Positions 35,821 through 45,258 of a stretch of 64,000 nt of DNA are shown piece by piece; position 1 is the first letter of the stretch; each line of letters starts with the position of its first letter. Origin of the DNA: Parcubacteria group bacterium LiPW_15 (GTDB taxonomy: Bacteria; Patescibacteriota; Minisyncoccia; UBA6257; 2-01-FULL-56-20). The position numbers were made by a program, and so were the translations under genes. The DNA lies in contig VMER01000001.1 in NCBI GenBank assembly GCA_007375645.1, positions 5,139 through 69,138 of the forward strand. Direction: 5' to 3'. The notes under the pieces are model-generated. The model saw only the letters and a program-made list of their open reading frames with translations, made no database searches and was not told the origin of the DNA.

Positions 35821-38013
35821 TTAATCCCAATTTGTCCCAAGAAGTAGTTCTTCCGGACGTATTTTTTGCCAGACTGCTTCGGTCACGAACGGAACGAAAG
35901 GGTGGAGAACCTTGAGCGAGCCCAAAAGTATGGCTTCCAAAGTTTTGTAGGCCGCGGCTTTTTCTTCTTGAGTGCCGTCTTTAAGTTTTCCTTTCTCGGC
36001 CTCAATTATGATGTCCGCGAAAGTGTGCCAGAAGTAGTGGTAAGCTTTCTCACCTGCGAGGTGAAGCTCAAATTTATCAATATGTTCGGCGATTTCTTTT
36101 TTGGTCGATTCAAATTCGGCCAGATATTTTTCTTGCTCTTCGGAAAGCTTGGCACTTTCGTAGTTTTCCGCCTTATTCATGAGAACAAACCTCGCCGCGT
36201 TCCAGATCTTGGTCGAGAAATTCCTGTAGCCTCGCACTTTGTCCTCGGAAAGTTTCATGTCGTTTCCCGGAGCTGCGCCGATTATGAGCGAAAGCCTGGT
36301 GGCATCCGCGCCGTATTTTTCCGACATTAAGAGCGGGTCGATGGCGTTCCCGAGAGACTTGCTCATTTTCCTGCCTTTTTCGTCGCGCACGAGCCCATGA
36401 AGGTAGACCGTGCGGAAGGGGACATCGCCCAACAAAAATCCGGTCATAAGTATCATCCTTGCGACCCAGAAGAAAAGAATGTCGTAGCCGGTCTCAAGAA
36501 CGCTTGTGGGGTGATAGGTCTCGAGATCGCTCGTCTTTTCTGGCCAGCCGAGTGTCGAGAAGGTCCAAAGTCCGGAAGAAAACCAGGTATCCAGAGTGTC
36601 GGGGTCCTGTTGCCAACCCTCCGTAGCCTCGGCGGAGGAGGGCAAATCCCCAGACTCCTTTGGAGTTTCACCGACGGCAATTTTCTCATCTTTATACCAA
36701 ACCGGAATCCTGTGTCCATACCAGATCTGCCTCGAAATACACCAATCGCGAAGATTGTCTATCCAATTGTAGTAGATTTTTTCGAAGCGTCCCGGAAGAA
36801 TCTCTATCTGTCCGCCTTCCACCGCTTTTTTCATTATCTCCTTAAGCGAGGTTTCGGAACCGGACGGGAGTCCGCTAATTTTAGACTCCGGCAAAACAAA
36901 TTTTTTATTGACGTCAATGAACCACTGGAGTTTGGGGAGAGGTTCAATGATGCCTCCGGTGCGCTCCGCAACCGAAATATTTTGCTTAACATCCTCCTCC
37001 TTTTCGAGGAGTCCATCTTTCCGAAGCAGTTCCACGATGACCTCGCGCGCGACGGTAGTTTTCTTGCCTTGTATCTCCGGTCCGCCCACGCTCATCTTGG
37101 CGTACTCGTTTATAACCGGTTTGAGTTCCAGATTATGCGCCTGAGCCATGTCCCAGTCTATTTGGCTGTGTGCGGGGGTAACGCCGAGTGCTCCGGTGCC
37201 AAAATCTTTTTCCACCGCGTGGTCGGCGATGATTTTTATTGTGAGCGGAGTGCCTACAAAATTAACTTCATAGGTCTTTCCCACGTATTGCTTGTAGCGC
37301 TCATCGTCGGGATGGACCGCAACGGCTGTGTCGCCCAATTTAGTTTCGGGTCTGGTGGTAGAAATCGAGATAGGGAAGTCCTTGGAGTATTTAAAGGTGT
37401 AAAGCTTCGCGTCGCGTTCCTCATAAACCACCTCGTCGTCGGAGACGGTTGTCTGGCCCTTGGGGTCCCAGTTTATTACTTTAAAGTCGCGGTAGATAAG
37501 TCCCGTGTCATACATTTTTTTGAAAGCGGTTTTGACAGCCGTATTTCTTTTTTCGTCGAGCGTAAAAGCTTCGCGGTTCCAATCCACGGAAGCGCCCATC
37601 TTTTTGATTTGATTTACTATGGTGTCGTGGCTTTCTTTTGCAAACTGGTCTACTCGTTTTAAAAACTCTTCGCGCCCCAAGTCATGTCGATTTTTACCCT
37701 CGGCTTTATAGATAAGAGATTCAACTTTTGATTGGGTGGCGATAGCCGCATGGTCCGTGCCCGGGACCCAGAGGGTTTTCTTTCCGCTCATTCTGGCGTA
37801 TCGCACCAAGACGTCCTCAATCGCGAGCATCGCCGCGTGGCCCATATGTAAGGTGCCGGTCACGTTCGGCGGGGGAAGGATTATGGAGAAAACGCCATTT
37901 TCTTTTTTGACGAGGCCTATTTCTTCGCATTTCTCGGGGGCAAAAAGCCCAGATTTTTCCCAGAGATCATAAACCTCTTTCTCGGAAGTTACCGGATCGT
38001 ATTTAGAATCCAT
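35821..38013 (-). CDS. valS: Valyl-tRNA synthetase (compact form)
   Basis: HIGH motif PPPNVTGTLHMGHA and KMSKS motif KMSKSLGN. Start chosen at the MDSKYDP methionine 22 nt downstream of tsaD. No C-terminal coiled-coil. Confidence 0.85.
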   Translation of the reverse strand: MDSKYDPVTSEKEVYDLWEKSGLFAPEKCEEIGLVKKENGVFSIILPPPNVTGTLHMGHAAMLAIEDVLVRYARMSGKKTLWVPGTDHAAIATQSKVESLIYKAEGKNRHDLGREEFLKRVDQFAKESHDTIVNQIKKMGASVDWNREAFTLDEKRNTAVKTAFKKMYDTGLIYRDFKVINWDPKGQTTVSDDEVVYEERDAKLYTFKYSKDFPISISTTRPETKLGDTAVAVHPDDERYKQYVGKTYEVNFVGTPLTIKIIADHAVEKDFGTGALGVTPAHSQIDWDMAQAHNLELKPVINEYAKMSVGGPEIQGKKTTVAREVIVELLRKDGLLEKEEDVKQNISVAERTGGIIEPLPKLQWFIDVNKKFVLPESKISGLPSGSETSLKEIMKKAVEGGQIEILPGRFEKIYYNWIDNLRDWCISRQIWYGHRIPVWYKDEKIAVGETPKESGDLPSSAEATEGWQQDPDTLDTWFSSGLWTFSTLGWPEKTSDLETYHPTSVLETGYDILFFWVARMILMTGFLLGDVPFRTVYLHGLVRDEKGRKMSKSLGNAIDPLLMSEKYGADATRLSLIIGAAPGNDMKLSEDKVRGYRNFSTKIWNAARFVLMNKAENYESAKLSEEQEKYLAEFESTKKEIAEHIDKFELHLAGEKAYHYFWHTFADIIIEAEKGKLKDGTQEEKAAAYKTLEAILLGSLKVLHPFVPFVTEAVWQKIRPEELLLGTNWD

Positions 38014-38035
38014 TTCGATAGCCATAAGTTTGATT

Positions 38036-39064
38036 CTAAACTCCCAGGTCGCCCCTCGCAATAAGCGGGCGTTTCTTTTTTCTTAAATAATTGAAATACC
38101 CGGCGGCGCCGATCATAGCGGCATTGTCGGTGTTAAAAGTAAAACCCGGGACCAAAAAGATCATTTTTTCTTTTTTTACTTCGCTTCCCAGCTTTTCTCT
38201 TAAGTACATACTCGCCGCGACTCCACCGGCCATGATGATGGACTTGGCTTTAAATTCTTTGGCGGCGCGCATCGCCTTTTTTATCAGTACTTCGGTCGCG
38301 GCATTTTGGAACGAAGCGGCAACATCGGCTGGATTAGCGCTCGGATTATCCCGGCAATAATATAGTACGGAAGTTTTAAGCCCCGAGTAGCTGAAATCAT
38401 AATTTTTATCGTGGAGCATCGGGCGAGGAAACTCAATCGCATTTTCATTTCCTTCTCGCGAGAGTTTCTCTATCTGCGGTCCGCTCGGATAGGGGAGTTT
38501 CAGAATTCTCGCGACTTTATCGAATGCTTCGCCCACGGCGTCGTCGCGGGTTTCACCGAGCTTTTTCCAGGTTTTAATATCTTTCATAAGAAGCAATATG
38601 GTGTGTCCGCCGGATACCAAAAGCGCCACGGACGGAAAAACCTTTTTTGCGTCATACTTTTTCTTTGGGTCCAAAAGAAAGCTCCAAAGATGTCCCTCCA
38701 TGTGGTTTGCTCCGATCAACGGCTTCTTCCAATCCTTAGATAATTTTTTGGCGAACTCGATTCCCGCCCAAAGTGCGGGTTCGAGTCCAGGGCCAACGGT
38801 TATGGCCATAAGAGAGATCTTTTTCCATTCCGCTTTTTCTTTCGTGCCCTCACCGAACATCTCTCTATATAATATGGGCAGATTCTTAATGTGTTCGCGC
38901 TTAGCGATATTCGGGACCACTCCGCCGAAGGGTTCGTGAAGTTTTATCTGCGAGGTTATTAAATGCTTTAAAACTTTGAATTTCGGCGCACTAAACCCGC
39001 CTTTGGCTTCCAATATGGATAGGGAGGTTTCGTCGCAACTCGTTTCTATGGCGAGTATTCGCAT
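38036..39064 (-). CDS. tsaD: tRNA N6-adenosine threonylcarbamoyltransferase
   Basis: MRILAIETSCDETSLSIL N-terminus and Kae1/YgjD fold. Start at the ATG encoding MRILAIE (39062..39064 on the plus strand), 77 codons inside the long ORF. Confidence 0.85.
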   Translation of the reverse strand: MRILAIETSCDETSLSILEAKGGFSAPKFKVLKHLITSQIKLHEPFGGVVPNIAKREHIKNLPILYREMFGEGTKEKAEWKKISLMAITVGPGLEPALWAGIEFAKKLSKDWKKPLIGANHMEGHLWSFLLDPKKKYDAKKVFPSVALLVSGGHTILLLMKDIKTWKKLGETRDDAVGEAFDKVARILKLPYPSGPQIEKLSREGNENAIEFPRPMLHDKNYDFSYSGLKTSVLYYCRDNPSANPADVAASFQNAATEVLIKKAMRAAKEFKAKSIIMAGGVAASMYLREKLGSEVKKEKMIFLVPGFTFNTDNAAMIGAAGYFNYLRKKKRPLIARGDLGV

Positions 39065-39090
39065 GGGTGTATGATATCTACTCTTTGATT

Positions 39091-39169
39091 GTTTGACAAA
39101 GAGCGCCACTAGCCGTAGTTTGGAGACAGCGAAACAGCTGACAAAAATTGAAATCACAGGAGGTGCTTT
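39091..39169 (+). promoter_or_regulatory. Promoter/leader copy 1 (TTGACA-17-TAGTTT plus conserved 5' leader)
   Basis: gtTTGACAaagagcgccactagccgTAGTTTggagacagcgaaacagctgacaa is about 90% identical over 60 nt to 39801..39860. SD aggagg precedes GTG 39170. Confidence 0.6.
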
Positions 39170-39748
39170 GTGGGCGAAGCCTTCGCGTGGCTCGGAAAGA
39201 TATTCGAGCTCATTACTGCCCTCATTCCTCGGCCGTTCATTATCGACGCGACCCAGGAGGGGGTGAAGTTCAAGTACGGCAAATACATAGTTCACCTTTT
39301 GCCTGGCGTCTACGGTTATTGGCCCCTTGTCACCAAAGTCGTCGCTATCCAGGTAAAGCGCCAGGCGGTGGTCTTAAAGCCACAGGTCCTGACGACCAAA
39401 GACGGTAAATCGGTGATCATGGGGACGTTAATCGCCTACACCATAATTGATGCCGTGGCTGCTTTGACCGAGGTCGACAATCTTAGCGAAACTCTGTTTG
39501 AGGTGTCCCAGGGTGCCGTGCCGGGGGTTGTTGCCGGGAAAACCCTGCAACAGTTGATCCATGATGTTTCCGAGATTAGCGACGCGGAGTCGGGCAATGG
39601 CGTGATGACCATCCTTGACTTGGAACTTTGCGAAAGGGTGAGTTCCATTCTGCGGGGCTTTGGAGTGAATGTCCTGTACTGCAAGGTGACCGACTTCTCG
39701 TCTTGTCGCGTTCTGAACATTTCCGGTGATTTCGGCAGCTCGAAATAA
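39170..39748 (+). CDS. SPFH/band-7 domain protein (short, no TM)
   Basis: GVKFKYGKYIVHLLPGVYGYWPLVTKVVAIQVKRQAVVLKPQVLTTKDGKSVIMGTLIAYTIIDAVAAL follows the stomatin/prohibitin SPFH core pattern. GTG start, about 55% GC. Confidence 0.5.
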   Translation: MGEAFAWLGKIFELITALIPRPFIIDATQEGVKFKYGKYIVHLLPGVYGYWPLVTKVVAIQVKRQAVVLKPQVLTTKDGKSVIMGTLIAYTIIDAVAALTEVDNLSETLFEVSQGAVPGVVAGKTLQQLIHDVSEISDAESGNGVMTILDLELCERVSSILRGFGVNVLYCKVTDFSSCRVLNISGDFGSSK

Positions 39749-39763
39749 CCAAACCCACAGTCC

Positions 39764-39787
39764 GCCCGCTCAGGAGCGGGCTTTTTT
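39764..39787 (+). terminator. Intrinsic terminator
   Basis: gcccgctcaggagcgggc followed by tttttt. Confidence 0.85.
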
Positions 39788-39800
39788 GATCCTTAAAAAT

Positions 39801-39881
39801 GTTTGACAAAGAGCGGTCTTAGCCGTAGTTTGGAGGCAGCGAAAGAGTTGATAACTACGCAGAAAAAAAGGAGAAAAGAAA
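39801..39881 (+). promoter_or_regulatory. Promoter/leader copy 2
   Basis: gtTTGACAaagagcggtcttagccgTAGTTTggaggcagcgaaagagttgataa. SD aaggag precedes GTG 39882. Confidence 0.6.
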
Positions 39882-41516
39882 GTGAAAGATCCAGCGAAAC
39901 TGCAGTTTTTCTTCCAACCATTTTCGGAGCTGACACTTGATGCGAAATGTCCACTGCTATTCGTCGTTTTCGAGGAGCAGGCGGACATGATCATCGGGAA
40001 GAGGTTCCCGGAAGTGGAGGAGATGCGTCAGCGCATCGACAACATCACCCGCAAGGATGACGAACAGACTGTATCGATCTTTTCGCTTATGCGGGAAGAG
40101 AAGGCAGTCCCGGCCGGTCTCGTTTATATCGAGTATCCTTGGCGAAGGAAGAGGGTCAAGCGCAGTTTGGATTTCGGTAGCATTAATTTCTACCGGAAAC
40201 TCTTGGAACGTACAACAGCTGCCACCGGGCAACTCCGGGAAATGGGTTTCAGTGAGATGACGATCTTGCTTCCCGGCAGGTTTCATCCAGAGAACCTGAA
40301 AAACGATTCCCAACGAGAAGTGCTCGAAATGTTCGTGAAAACAATGGTCGAGGCCATCGTTTACGCGAACGGTACCCTGGATGAGTTTCGAAGCACTCCC
40401 GATCCGCAGATCACCAAGGTTAGCTTCACATACTTCGGACAGTACGAACGAGTGATTCTCAATTTCTTCAATCGTGCTATCGGTGCGGGCGAAGAGATGG
40501 GGGAAGCGCTAGTTGAGGTCAGGAGATTCACAGAGCTTCCCGGGAACGAAGCCTATCCTCTCAAATTGGCTTCGGAATTTGTCGGAAGGACCATAGCTCC
40601 GCTTACAAGCGCTTCGCCGAATTGGCACAAGATCCACGATCATCGTTTTTCCGCGAACGTGAAGGCAGCGCTTCTCTATGGCGCTGAGGGCCTCGCGAAG
40701 CGTGGGTTCGGACTCATAACGGCGGTGGGGCAAGGCAGCAAATACGAACCCTGCCTTTTGAAGCTTCACTACAAGCCGAAGAAGCGTTCCAGGCCGGTAA
40801 AGAAACTGACTCTCATCGGTAAGGGCGTTACCTTTGATTCGGGCGGAGTGGATCTGAAGGGCGCAGACTCCTACGACAACATGCATCATGACATGGCCGG
40901 TGCAGCCACTGTTGTTGGAGTGCTGAAGCTTGCTGACGATTTGCGCCTGCCGGTGGAGATTGTGGCCCTTTTGCCTCTGGTCGAGAACACAATCGGTTCG
41001 AAGGCTACCCGGCCATACGACATCGTTCGTGCGTATGACGGTCAGACGGTAGAGGTTCGCAATACGGATGCCGAGGGGCGGCTGATTCTCGCGGATGCGA
41101 TCGCCTATTCGGAGAAGAACATCCGACCAAACTGCACGGTGACCGTGGCTACTCTCTGCGACATGAGCGACTTCGCACCGGACTTTTTGAAGGTCTTGGT
41201 GAACGACAAAGATCTGGAGCGGAAGGTTCGTCTCGCGGAAAAGCGCTCCAACGAAAAGATGCTGCTCTTTCCTCCGTTCGAGCACTTTAATGGTGTCTCA
41301 CTCGCTTTCGTCGGCGGGGCCGCCGACCTCAAGAATGACAACTCGTATTACTACCATTCCGGCATGGTATTTCTCGGCGAATTCTTTAAGTGGGATCCGT
41401 CGCCGTGGGTGTTCGTGGACGTATCCGAAGTATTCGAAAAGGATGCGCAAGAATACGCGGCAGGTCCCGGCTTCGGCGTTCGTTTCACGTGGAACCTCGT
41501 CAAGCAGTTTGCCTGA
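39882..41516 (+). CDS. pepA: Leucyl aminopeptidase, M17 family
   Basis: M17 signature NTDAEGRLILADAI and GKGVTFDSGGVDLK. GTG start, about 56% GC. Confidence 0.85.
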   Translation: MKDPAKLQFFFQPFSELTLDAKCPLLFVVFEEQADMIIGKRFPEVEEMRQRIDNITRKDDEQTVSIFSLMREEKAVPAGLVYIEYPWRRKRVKRSLDFGSINFYRKLLERTTAATGQLREMGFSEMTILLPGRFHPENLKNDSQREVLEMFVKTMVEAIVYANGTLDEFRSTPDPQITKVSFTYFGQYERVILNFFNRAIGAGEEMGEALVEVRRFTELPGNEAYPLKLASEFVGRTIAPLTSASPNWHKIHDHRFSANVKAALLYGAEGLAKRGFGLITAVGQGSKYEPCLLKLHYKPKKRSRPVKKLTLIGKGVTFDSGGVDLKGADSYDNMHHDMAGAATVVGVLKLADDLRLPVEIVALLPLVENTIGSKATRPYDIVRAYDGQTVEVRNTDAEGRLILADAIAYSEKNIRPNCTVTVATLCDMSDFAPDFLKVLVNDKDLERKVRLAEKRSNEKMLLFPPFEHFNGVSLAFVGGAADLKNDNSYYYHSGMVFLGEFFKWDPSPWVFVDVSEVFEKDAQEYAAGPGFGVRFTWNLVKQFA

Positions 41517-41525
41517 ACCTATCCC

Positions 41526-41557
41526 GCCTCGGCCAAAAAGCCGAGGCGTTTTATTTT
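41526..41557 (+). terminator. Intrinsic terminator
   Basis: gcctcggc-caaaaa-gccgaggc followed by gttttatttt. Confidence 0.85.
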
Positions 41558-41630
41558 GACTTAAATGCTAAAATTAACTATTGTATAGACGCGTTTGGCA
41601 AATCTTTTGAGGCTCGCCAAAGCAAAACAT

Positions 41631-41702
41631 GGCGCTATCGTCTAGTGGCTAGGACACCGCCCTTTCACGGCGGGAACAGGGGTTCGATCCCCCTTAGCGC
41701 TA
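41631..41702 (+). tRNA. tRNA-Glu (anticodon TTC)
   Basis: Manual cloverleaf: acceptor GGCGCTA/TAGCGCT (G1:U71 wobble), D-arm GTCT-AGTGGCTA-GGAC, anticodon stem CCGCC/GGCGG with loop CTTTCAC, T-arm AGGGG-TTCGATC-CCCCT. Confidence 0.85.
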
Positions 41703-41718
41703 CGTGTTTAGAGAAAGA

Positions 41719-43227
41719 ATGCTAAATAGGTTTTACGAGATTCTTCCGGGCAGTCTTGCCTGGGCCACCCTTATTGGTATGGTCGTTTTTTCCTGGGTAC
41801 TGCCGACGGCGGTTTCCGTTTTTATAATTCTTTTTGATATCTACTGGCTTTTGAAGACCGTCTATCTTTCATTACACCTGCGTTCGACTTTCTCCGAAAT
41901 GAAGCAGAACATGGCCACCGATTGGCTTTCGCGACTCAAAAAAGAAAAAACCGGCTGGGAAAATATCGAACACCTGATAATTTTCCCGATGTATAAAGAG
42001 CCGTATGAGGTGGTCAAAGAAAGTTTTGAAAGTTTAACGCACGCAAATTATCCGAAAGAAAAAATGATGGTGGTTTTGGCCATCGAAGAATTGGCGGGGG
42101 ATTTTGCCAAAGATGTCGCGGAAAAAACTAAAAAAGATTTTGAGAAGAGGTTCGGCGCGTTTCTTATAACTGTCCACCCTAAAGATTTACCCGGGGAGAT
42201 TCCCGGCAAGGGAGGCAACGAAACTTGGGCTGCCAAAGAAGCAAAAAAAATTCTTATTGATGGAAAGCTAGAGCCGCAAAATGTTCTAGTCTCGTCTTTT
42301 GATGTGGACACTCAGATATTTTCGGAATATTTCGGGAAACTCACTTACACCTTCCTTTCCGAAGAAAATAAATTGCGGGCAATCTACCAACCAATTCCAT
42401 TTTTCACGAATAATGTTTACGACAGTCCGGCCATCGCACGAGTTATATCTTTTTCTTCTACTTTCTGGCAGATGATGCAGCAATCGAGACCCGAAAGACT
42501 TACTAGCTTTTCCTCGCAATCGATTCCCCTGAGCGCGCTTATGGATGTGGGTTTCTGGCACACGGATATGGTCTCTGAGGACTCCCGCATTTTCTGGCAG
42601 GGATATTTAGCTTATCACGGAGATTTTCGCGTCGTTCCGCTTCACTATCCCGTTTCTATGGACGCGAATGTCGCTCACACTCTTTGGGGGACTATGAAAA
42701 ATCTTTACAAACAGCAAAGGCGTTGGGGCTGGGGCTGTGAGAATATCCCGTATATGTTGGGTGGCTTTAGGAAGGACCCGAAGATCCCGGCCGCGAAAAA
42801 AAGATACTGGACATTTCAGGTGCTCGAGGGATTTCATTCCTGGGCTACGAACTCGATCATGATCTTCGCGCTCGGCTGGCTCCCGGTGTATCTTGGCGGA
42901 AAAACTTTTAATCTTTCATTGTTGTCGCACAGTTTGCCGGACATCACTCGGCTTATAATCCAAATTTCCATGCTTGGTATCGCAAGCTCCGCCATTTTGG
43001 GCATCATGCTTCTGCCTCCGAAGCCCGTTTGGTTCAAACCCTACCATTACGCTCTTTATGTTTTGCAGTGGGCGCTTATCCCGGTTTCGCTCATAATTTT
43101 CGGTGCGATTCCAGGACTTGAGGCGCAGACGAGACTGATGCTCGGCGGAAAGTTTAGGTTGGGATTTTGGGTAACCCCAAAATCCCGAAAGGGGGTCGGG
43201 GGAGAGCGGAAGGGCTCCCCCGTGTAA
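41719..43227 (+). CDS. Membrane glycosyltransferase, GT2-like (cellulose-synthase-like motifs)
   Basis: N-terminal TMs. DVDT (DxD-like) and QQRRWGWG (QxxRW) motifs. C-terminal TMs. Start ATG 41719 preferred over GTG 41704, which abuts the tRNA. The last 12 codons lie in repeat copy B. Confidence 0.55.
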   Translation: MLNRFYEILPGSLAWATLIGMVVFSWVLPTAVSVFIILFDIYWLLKTVYLSLHLRSTFSEMKQNMATDWLSRLKKEKTGWENIEHLIIFPMYKEPYEVVKESFESLTHANYPKEKMMVVLAIEELAGDFAKDVAEKTKKDFEKRFGAFLITVHPKDLPGEIPGKGGNETWAAKEAKKILIDGKLEPQNVLVSSFDVDTQIFSEYFGKLTYTFLSEENKLRAIYQPIPFFTNNVYDSPAIARVISFSSTFWQMMQQSRPERLTSFSSQSIPLSALMDVGFWHTDMVSEDSRIFWQGYLAYHGDFRVVPLHYPVSMDANVAHTLWGTMKNLYKQQRRWGWGCENIPYMLGGFRKDPKIPAAKKRYWTFQVLEGFHSWATNSIMIFALGWLPVYLGGKTFNLSLLSHSLPDITRLIIQISMLGIASSAILGIMLLPPKPVWFKPYHYALYVLQWALIPVSLIIFGAIPGLEAQTRLMLGGKFRLGFWVTPKSRKGVGGERKGSPV

Positions 43228-43269
43228 GAAATTACTCAAAACCGAGGGTTGTGAGGGAGCGGAGCGATG
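43191..43269 (+). repeat. Structured intergenic repeat, copy B
   Basis: gggggtcgggggagagcggaagggctcccccgtgtaagaaattactcaaaaccgagggttgtgagggagcggagcgatg. Stem gggggag/ctccccc is conserved with a different loop relative to copy A. Confidence 0.75.
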
Positions 43270-43336
43270 ATTTTGTGGTCACGCCGAAACATAGGAAAGC
43301 CTAAAAACTTAATTCCAAAGTGCTATAATATTCTTA

Positions 43337-44146
43337 GTGGTTAATCCATTTAAGAAATTTTTTGGTCGTGAGGTTAAAAAACGTGGAGGTTTTACTCTCA
43401 TTGAGATGGTGGTCTTTACCGCCATTTTTACGGTGACCATAATCGCGTTTATTTCCGTTCTCATTTCCATAACCCGCACCCAGGTTCGGCAGAGTGCGGT
43501 GGCGGAGGTAAATCAGCAGAGCCAATTTGTTCTCCAAGCCCTCCAATATTATGTAGAGCGTTCCAGCCTCATCGAAACCGCGTCCACCGAGGCCACTACC
43601 ACCATCACGCTTCGGATGACGAACACTCTTGAAGATCCGACTTTAGTTTTTGCGAGCGGCACGCAGATCTATTCCAAAGTCGGCACCGATCCGGCACAGG
43701 CTTTAACGAGCGGCAAGGTAACGGTCTCTAACTTCTCAATGTCAAAAAGAGTGAATGCTCCGGGTAAGGATTCGCTCGCGGTAACCTTTTCCATTTCCTA
43801 TAACACGGCAAATCCTCAACAGCAGTTTTCACAAGCGCTTCAATCGGCGGTCGCGCGCGTGAATGCCGCAACTTTTGATTCCGGAATTTTTCCGAATGCG
43901 GATAATACGCTGAAGCTTGGTGCAACTTCGCAAACTTGGCAGTCCATAAATGACGTTATTTATTTCAGCGGAGCGAAAGTCGGGATAGGCGGAACGCCAG
44001 CCGCACTTTTTCAGGTTCATAACGGCGATGTTTATATAGACAGTTCGAGCAACGGCTTGGTTCTTAAGTCATCGGGTGGAACATGCTACAGGCTGACCGT
44101 CACGAACGGCGGTTCGGCTACCACGACGGCTATCGCTTGTCCGTAG
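43337..44146 (+). CDS. Type IV pilin / pseudopilin (prepilin-type N-terminal domain)
   Basis: Canonical cleavage/methylation motif KRGGFTLIEMVVFTAIFTVTIIAFISVL (G|FTLIE). 269 aa Ser/Thr-rich globular part. Confidence 0.8.
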   Translation: MVNPFKKFFGREVKKRGGFTLIEMVVFTAIFTVTIIAFISVLISITRTQVRQSAVAEVNQQSQFVLQALQYYVERSSLIETASTEATTTITLRMTNTLEDPTLVFASGTQIYSKVGTDPAQALTSGKVTVSNFSMSKRVNAPGKDSLAVTFSISYNTANPQQQFSQALQSAVARVNAATFDSGIFPNADNTLKLGATSQTWQSINDVIYFSGAKVGIGGTPAALFQVHNGDVYIDSSSNGLVLKSSGGTCYRLTVTNGGSATTTAIACP

Positions 44147-44200
44147 GCCTCTAGCTTATCCCCAGTCGTTCGGAAGGCCGGTTTAGTATAATAAATACAA

Positions 44201-44740
44201 GTGATACAGATAGACAAAAAATATCTTATGTTTGGCGCGGTGGGGCTGGTTTTGATCGCCGCAATTTTGGTGGTTGTGTTGACAGGTAAAAAAAGCGAAC
44301 CGGAGATAGTGACACCGGGCGGGGCAACGGCTACGACGACTAACCAGTCAAACACCTATAAACCAGTTTCCGTGGATACGAAGGTTCCGGGTATTAATTC
44401 CCAGGTTGATTCCGGCGTGGCCAAGCCGACCGAGGTTAAGGCTGTCGGAGTCAACGATCTGAGCGCGAGAAGTTTTAATGTTGTGTTGAATGGCGATAAA
44501 GTTTCTCCGGAAAAAGTAATCATAAAATTATTCGATATCATCACCATAAATTTTTCCGCAGTGGATAAAACTTATGACTTTGTTCAGCCGGATAATGGAC
44601 TCAGTTGGACGGTTCCCAAAGGCGGCTCAAAAAGTTTGCAGTTTCAAGGTACTACTGCGGGGCAGTTTACCTTCTATTGCGTTTCTTGCGGCGGGCCGAG
44701 CAAAGGTCCGATAGGATATTTTGTGGTCGTTCCAAAATAA
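44201..44740 (+). CDS. Membrane-anchored hypothetical protein with beta-sandwich-like C-terminus
   Basis: N-terminal TM (LMFGAVGLVLIAAILVVVL), Thr-rich linker. C-terminus ends CVSCGGPSKGPIGYFVVVPK. Confidence 0.4.
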   Translation: MIQIDKKYLMFGAVGLVLIAAILVVVLTGKKSEPEIVTPGGATATTTNQSNTYKPVSVDTKVPGINSQVDSGVAKPTEVKAVGVNDLSARSFNVVLNGDKVSPEKVIIKLFDIITINFSAVDKTYDFVQPDNGLSWTVPKGGSKSLQFQGTTAGQFTFYCVSCGGPSKGPIGYFVVVPK

Positions 44741-44761
44741 TCAATAAAAATAAAAATATTT

Positions 44762-45238
44762 ATGAAAATGAAAAAGAGAAAGATAATTTTTTGGGTAGGT
44801 GTGGCGGCGGTGATTATAGTGGCGGCAGTTTTGGTTGTATTCTTTTGGGCGCGCGACGAAAAGGCTGAAATGAGATCTTCCGGCATCACTGCGGTTTATA
44901 TGACTACGGGGGACGTTTATTTCGGCAAAATGGATTGGTTTCCTTGGCCCCGGCTTCGAAATGTCTGGTACATTCAGCGCGGAGTTGACGCGAAACAACA
45001 GCCACAGGTAAGTCTCGCTCCGTTTAAAGATGTTTTCTGGACCCCGATAGATGAAATTCGCTTGAATCCGAAAGAGATAATTTTCTGGACAACAGTGAGG
45101 GATGGTTCAGAGATGGCGCAAGCGCTTAAAAATCCGGAAGCTTTCAAACAATCACAGCAAGCGGCTCTTCAGAATGCCGGTACGTCTCCGGAGTCCGAAT
45201 TCAAGGGTCCGAGCGGACAGCCGCCGGCAACTCCGTAA
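44762..45238 (+). CDS. Membrane-anchored hypothetical protein
   Basis: N-terminal TM (IIFWVGVAAVIIVAAVLVVFFWA). No motif. Confidence 0.4.
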   Translation: MKMKKRKIIFWVGVAAVIIVAAVLVVFFWARDEKAEMRSSGITAVYMTTGDVYFGKMDWFPWPRLRNVWYIQRGVDAKQQPQVSLAPFKDVFWTPIDEIRLNPKEIIFWTTVRDGSEMAQALKNPEAFKQSQQAALQNAGTSPESEFKGPSGQPPATP

Positions 45239-45258
45239 TCTAAAAATTAAACAAAAAA

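Noticed and set aside
36397-37662. 421-aa ORF on the plus strand
   Set aside because: Lies entirely antisense within valS, which has clear HIGH/KMSKS motifs. Its product is low-complexity with no motifs. Long antisense ORFs are common in genes with biased codon usage.
40509-41285. 258-aa minus-strand ORF
   Set aside because: Antisense inside the M17 aminopeptidase gene, which carries the diagnostic NTDAEGRL signature.
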